Positions 63,251 to 64,000 of a stretch of 64,000 nucleotides of DNA are shown here, piece after piece (position 1 is the first letter of the stretch; every line of letters starts with the position of its first letter). Position numbers and translations under genes: made by a program. Source of the stretch: Bacteroidia bacterium (lineage in GTDB: Bacteria; Bacteroidota; Bacteroidia; UKL13-3). The notes beneath the pieces were generated by a model, which worked only from the letters and a program-made list of their open reading frames with translations, ran no database searches and was not told the origin of the DNA. The DNA lies in NCBI GenBank assembly GCA_046296495.1, contig JBKBLB010000006.1, forward strand, positions 37,949 to 101,948, read 5' to 3'.

Positions 63251-63376
63251 ATTATTGTAATATTAAATGAATTGCAAAATGCATTAATTACAGCATATTG
63301 CAAATTAAAATAACATTAAACAAAAAAGGCTGCCTTATAAGAGACAGCCTTTTTTTTAATTTTTATAAATTGCTAT

Positions 63377-63979
63377 TTAGTTAGTTGTTTCAATTCTAAC
63401 TTTTAGGTTAAATTTATCATCTATTGCTTTGTCGCCAATATCAGCAAAAAACGATTTAGAGCCGTAACGAATATCGTAAGCTGTTCTGTCAACATCAAAA
63501 TTTGCGTTTGCAATAACACGGCCTTTGTTTACTACAACCATTGCCGGAAAAGAAATTTCTTTTGAAATTCCTTTTATTGTTAAATCGGCAACTATATTGT
63601 AGTTGTTGCTTCCTGCTTTTGCACCTTTAATTGGAGTGGCATTTTTGATGCGTAAATTAGCTTGAGGAAATTTTTCAGTTGCAAAAAAGTCGTCAGACTT
63701 TAAATGACCAACCAGCTTTTCTTTCCATTCACCTGTTAAATCTGTTGCTTCAAGGGTAGTCATGTTAATAGTAAAATCTCCACCAATTAATTGGTTACCT
63801 TTTACATTTACGCTACCAGATTCAAACTTTACAAAACCTTCGTGTTGACCGGTAACTTTTTTGGCATGCCATTTACAGGTGCTTTTTTCTGCATTAACTG
63901 TAAACGTACTTTCGTTTTGTTGTGCAAATGCCAGCAACCCGGTTGCTGCAAGTGCTAATGATAAAATTGTTTTTTTCAT
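63377..63979 (-). CDS. YceI-family periplasmic protein
   Basis: Signal peptide. About 200 aa. YceI-like lipid/polyisoprenoid-binding barrel pattern. Confidence 0.7.
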   Translation of the reverse strand: MKKTILSLALAATGLLAFAQQNESTFTVNAEKSTCKWHAKKVTGQHEGFVKFESGSVNVKGNQLIGGDFTINMTTLEATDLTGEWKEKLVGHLKSDDFFATEKFPQANLRIKNATPIKGAKAGSNNYNIVADLTIKGISKEISFPAMVVVNKGRVIANANFDVDRTAYDIRYGSKSFFADIGDKAIDDKFNLKVRIETTN

Positions 63980-64000
63980 TTTTCGGGGGTATTTAATTTG

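Noticed and set aside
1-64000. Mobile elements (IS, transposase, integrase), CRISPR arrays, rRNA.
   Set aside because: No ORF has a DDE/HUH transposase or tyrosine-recombinase signature. No repeat-spacer arrays. No rRNA-like conserved stretches.

Overview
This 64 kb window looks like an AT-rich chromosomal region from a Bacteroidota genome (Flavobacteriia- or Sphingobacteriia-like). The evidence is T9SS C-terminal sorting domains, CarboxypepD_reg-type TonB-dependent receptors and a PorU/PorV-like gene pair. Most of the window is densely packed housekeeping genes on both strands: rbfA, ruvX, def, a RelA/SpoT homologue, tRNA-Leu, tig, rsmA, mgtE, greA, ruvC, recO, rmuC, ribH and purN. There is also a tripartite RND efflux operon (adaptor, RND pump, TolC-like).

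The more accessory content is:
- a giant TonB-dependent-receptor-like gene immediately followed by a candidate T9SS sortase module (porU-like 1275 aa, porV-like 372 aa)
- a roughly 1700 aa beta-helix T9SS cargo gene split by a frameshift
- a decayed type II toxin-antitoxin pair (antitoxin plus PIN/VapC) carrying in-frame stops and a frameshift
- a di-haem cytochrome c tightly coupled to a secreted protein of unknown function
- a membrane-protein plus GT2 glycosyltransferase pair
- two paralogous CCG-domain Fe-S proteins
- several secreted or lipoprotein hypotheticals

I found no CRISPR array, rRNA, transposase or integrase. I see no convincing novel multi-gene system. The best leads are the T9SS locus architecture, the frameshifted giant adhesin, the decaying TA module and the cytochrome/secreted-protein pair.
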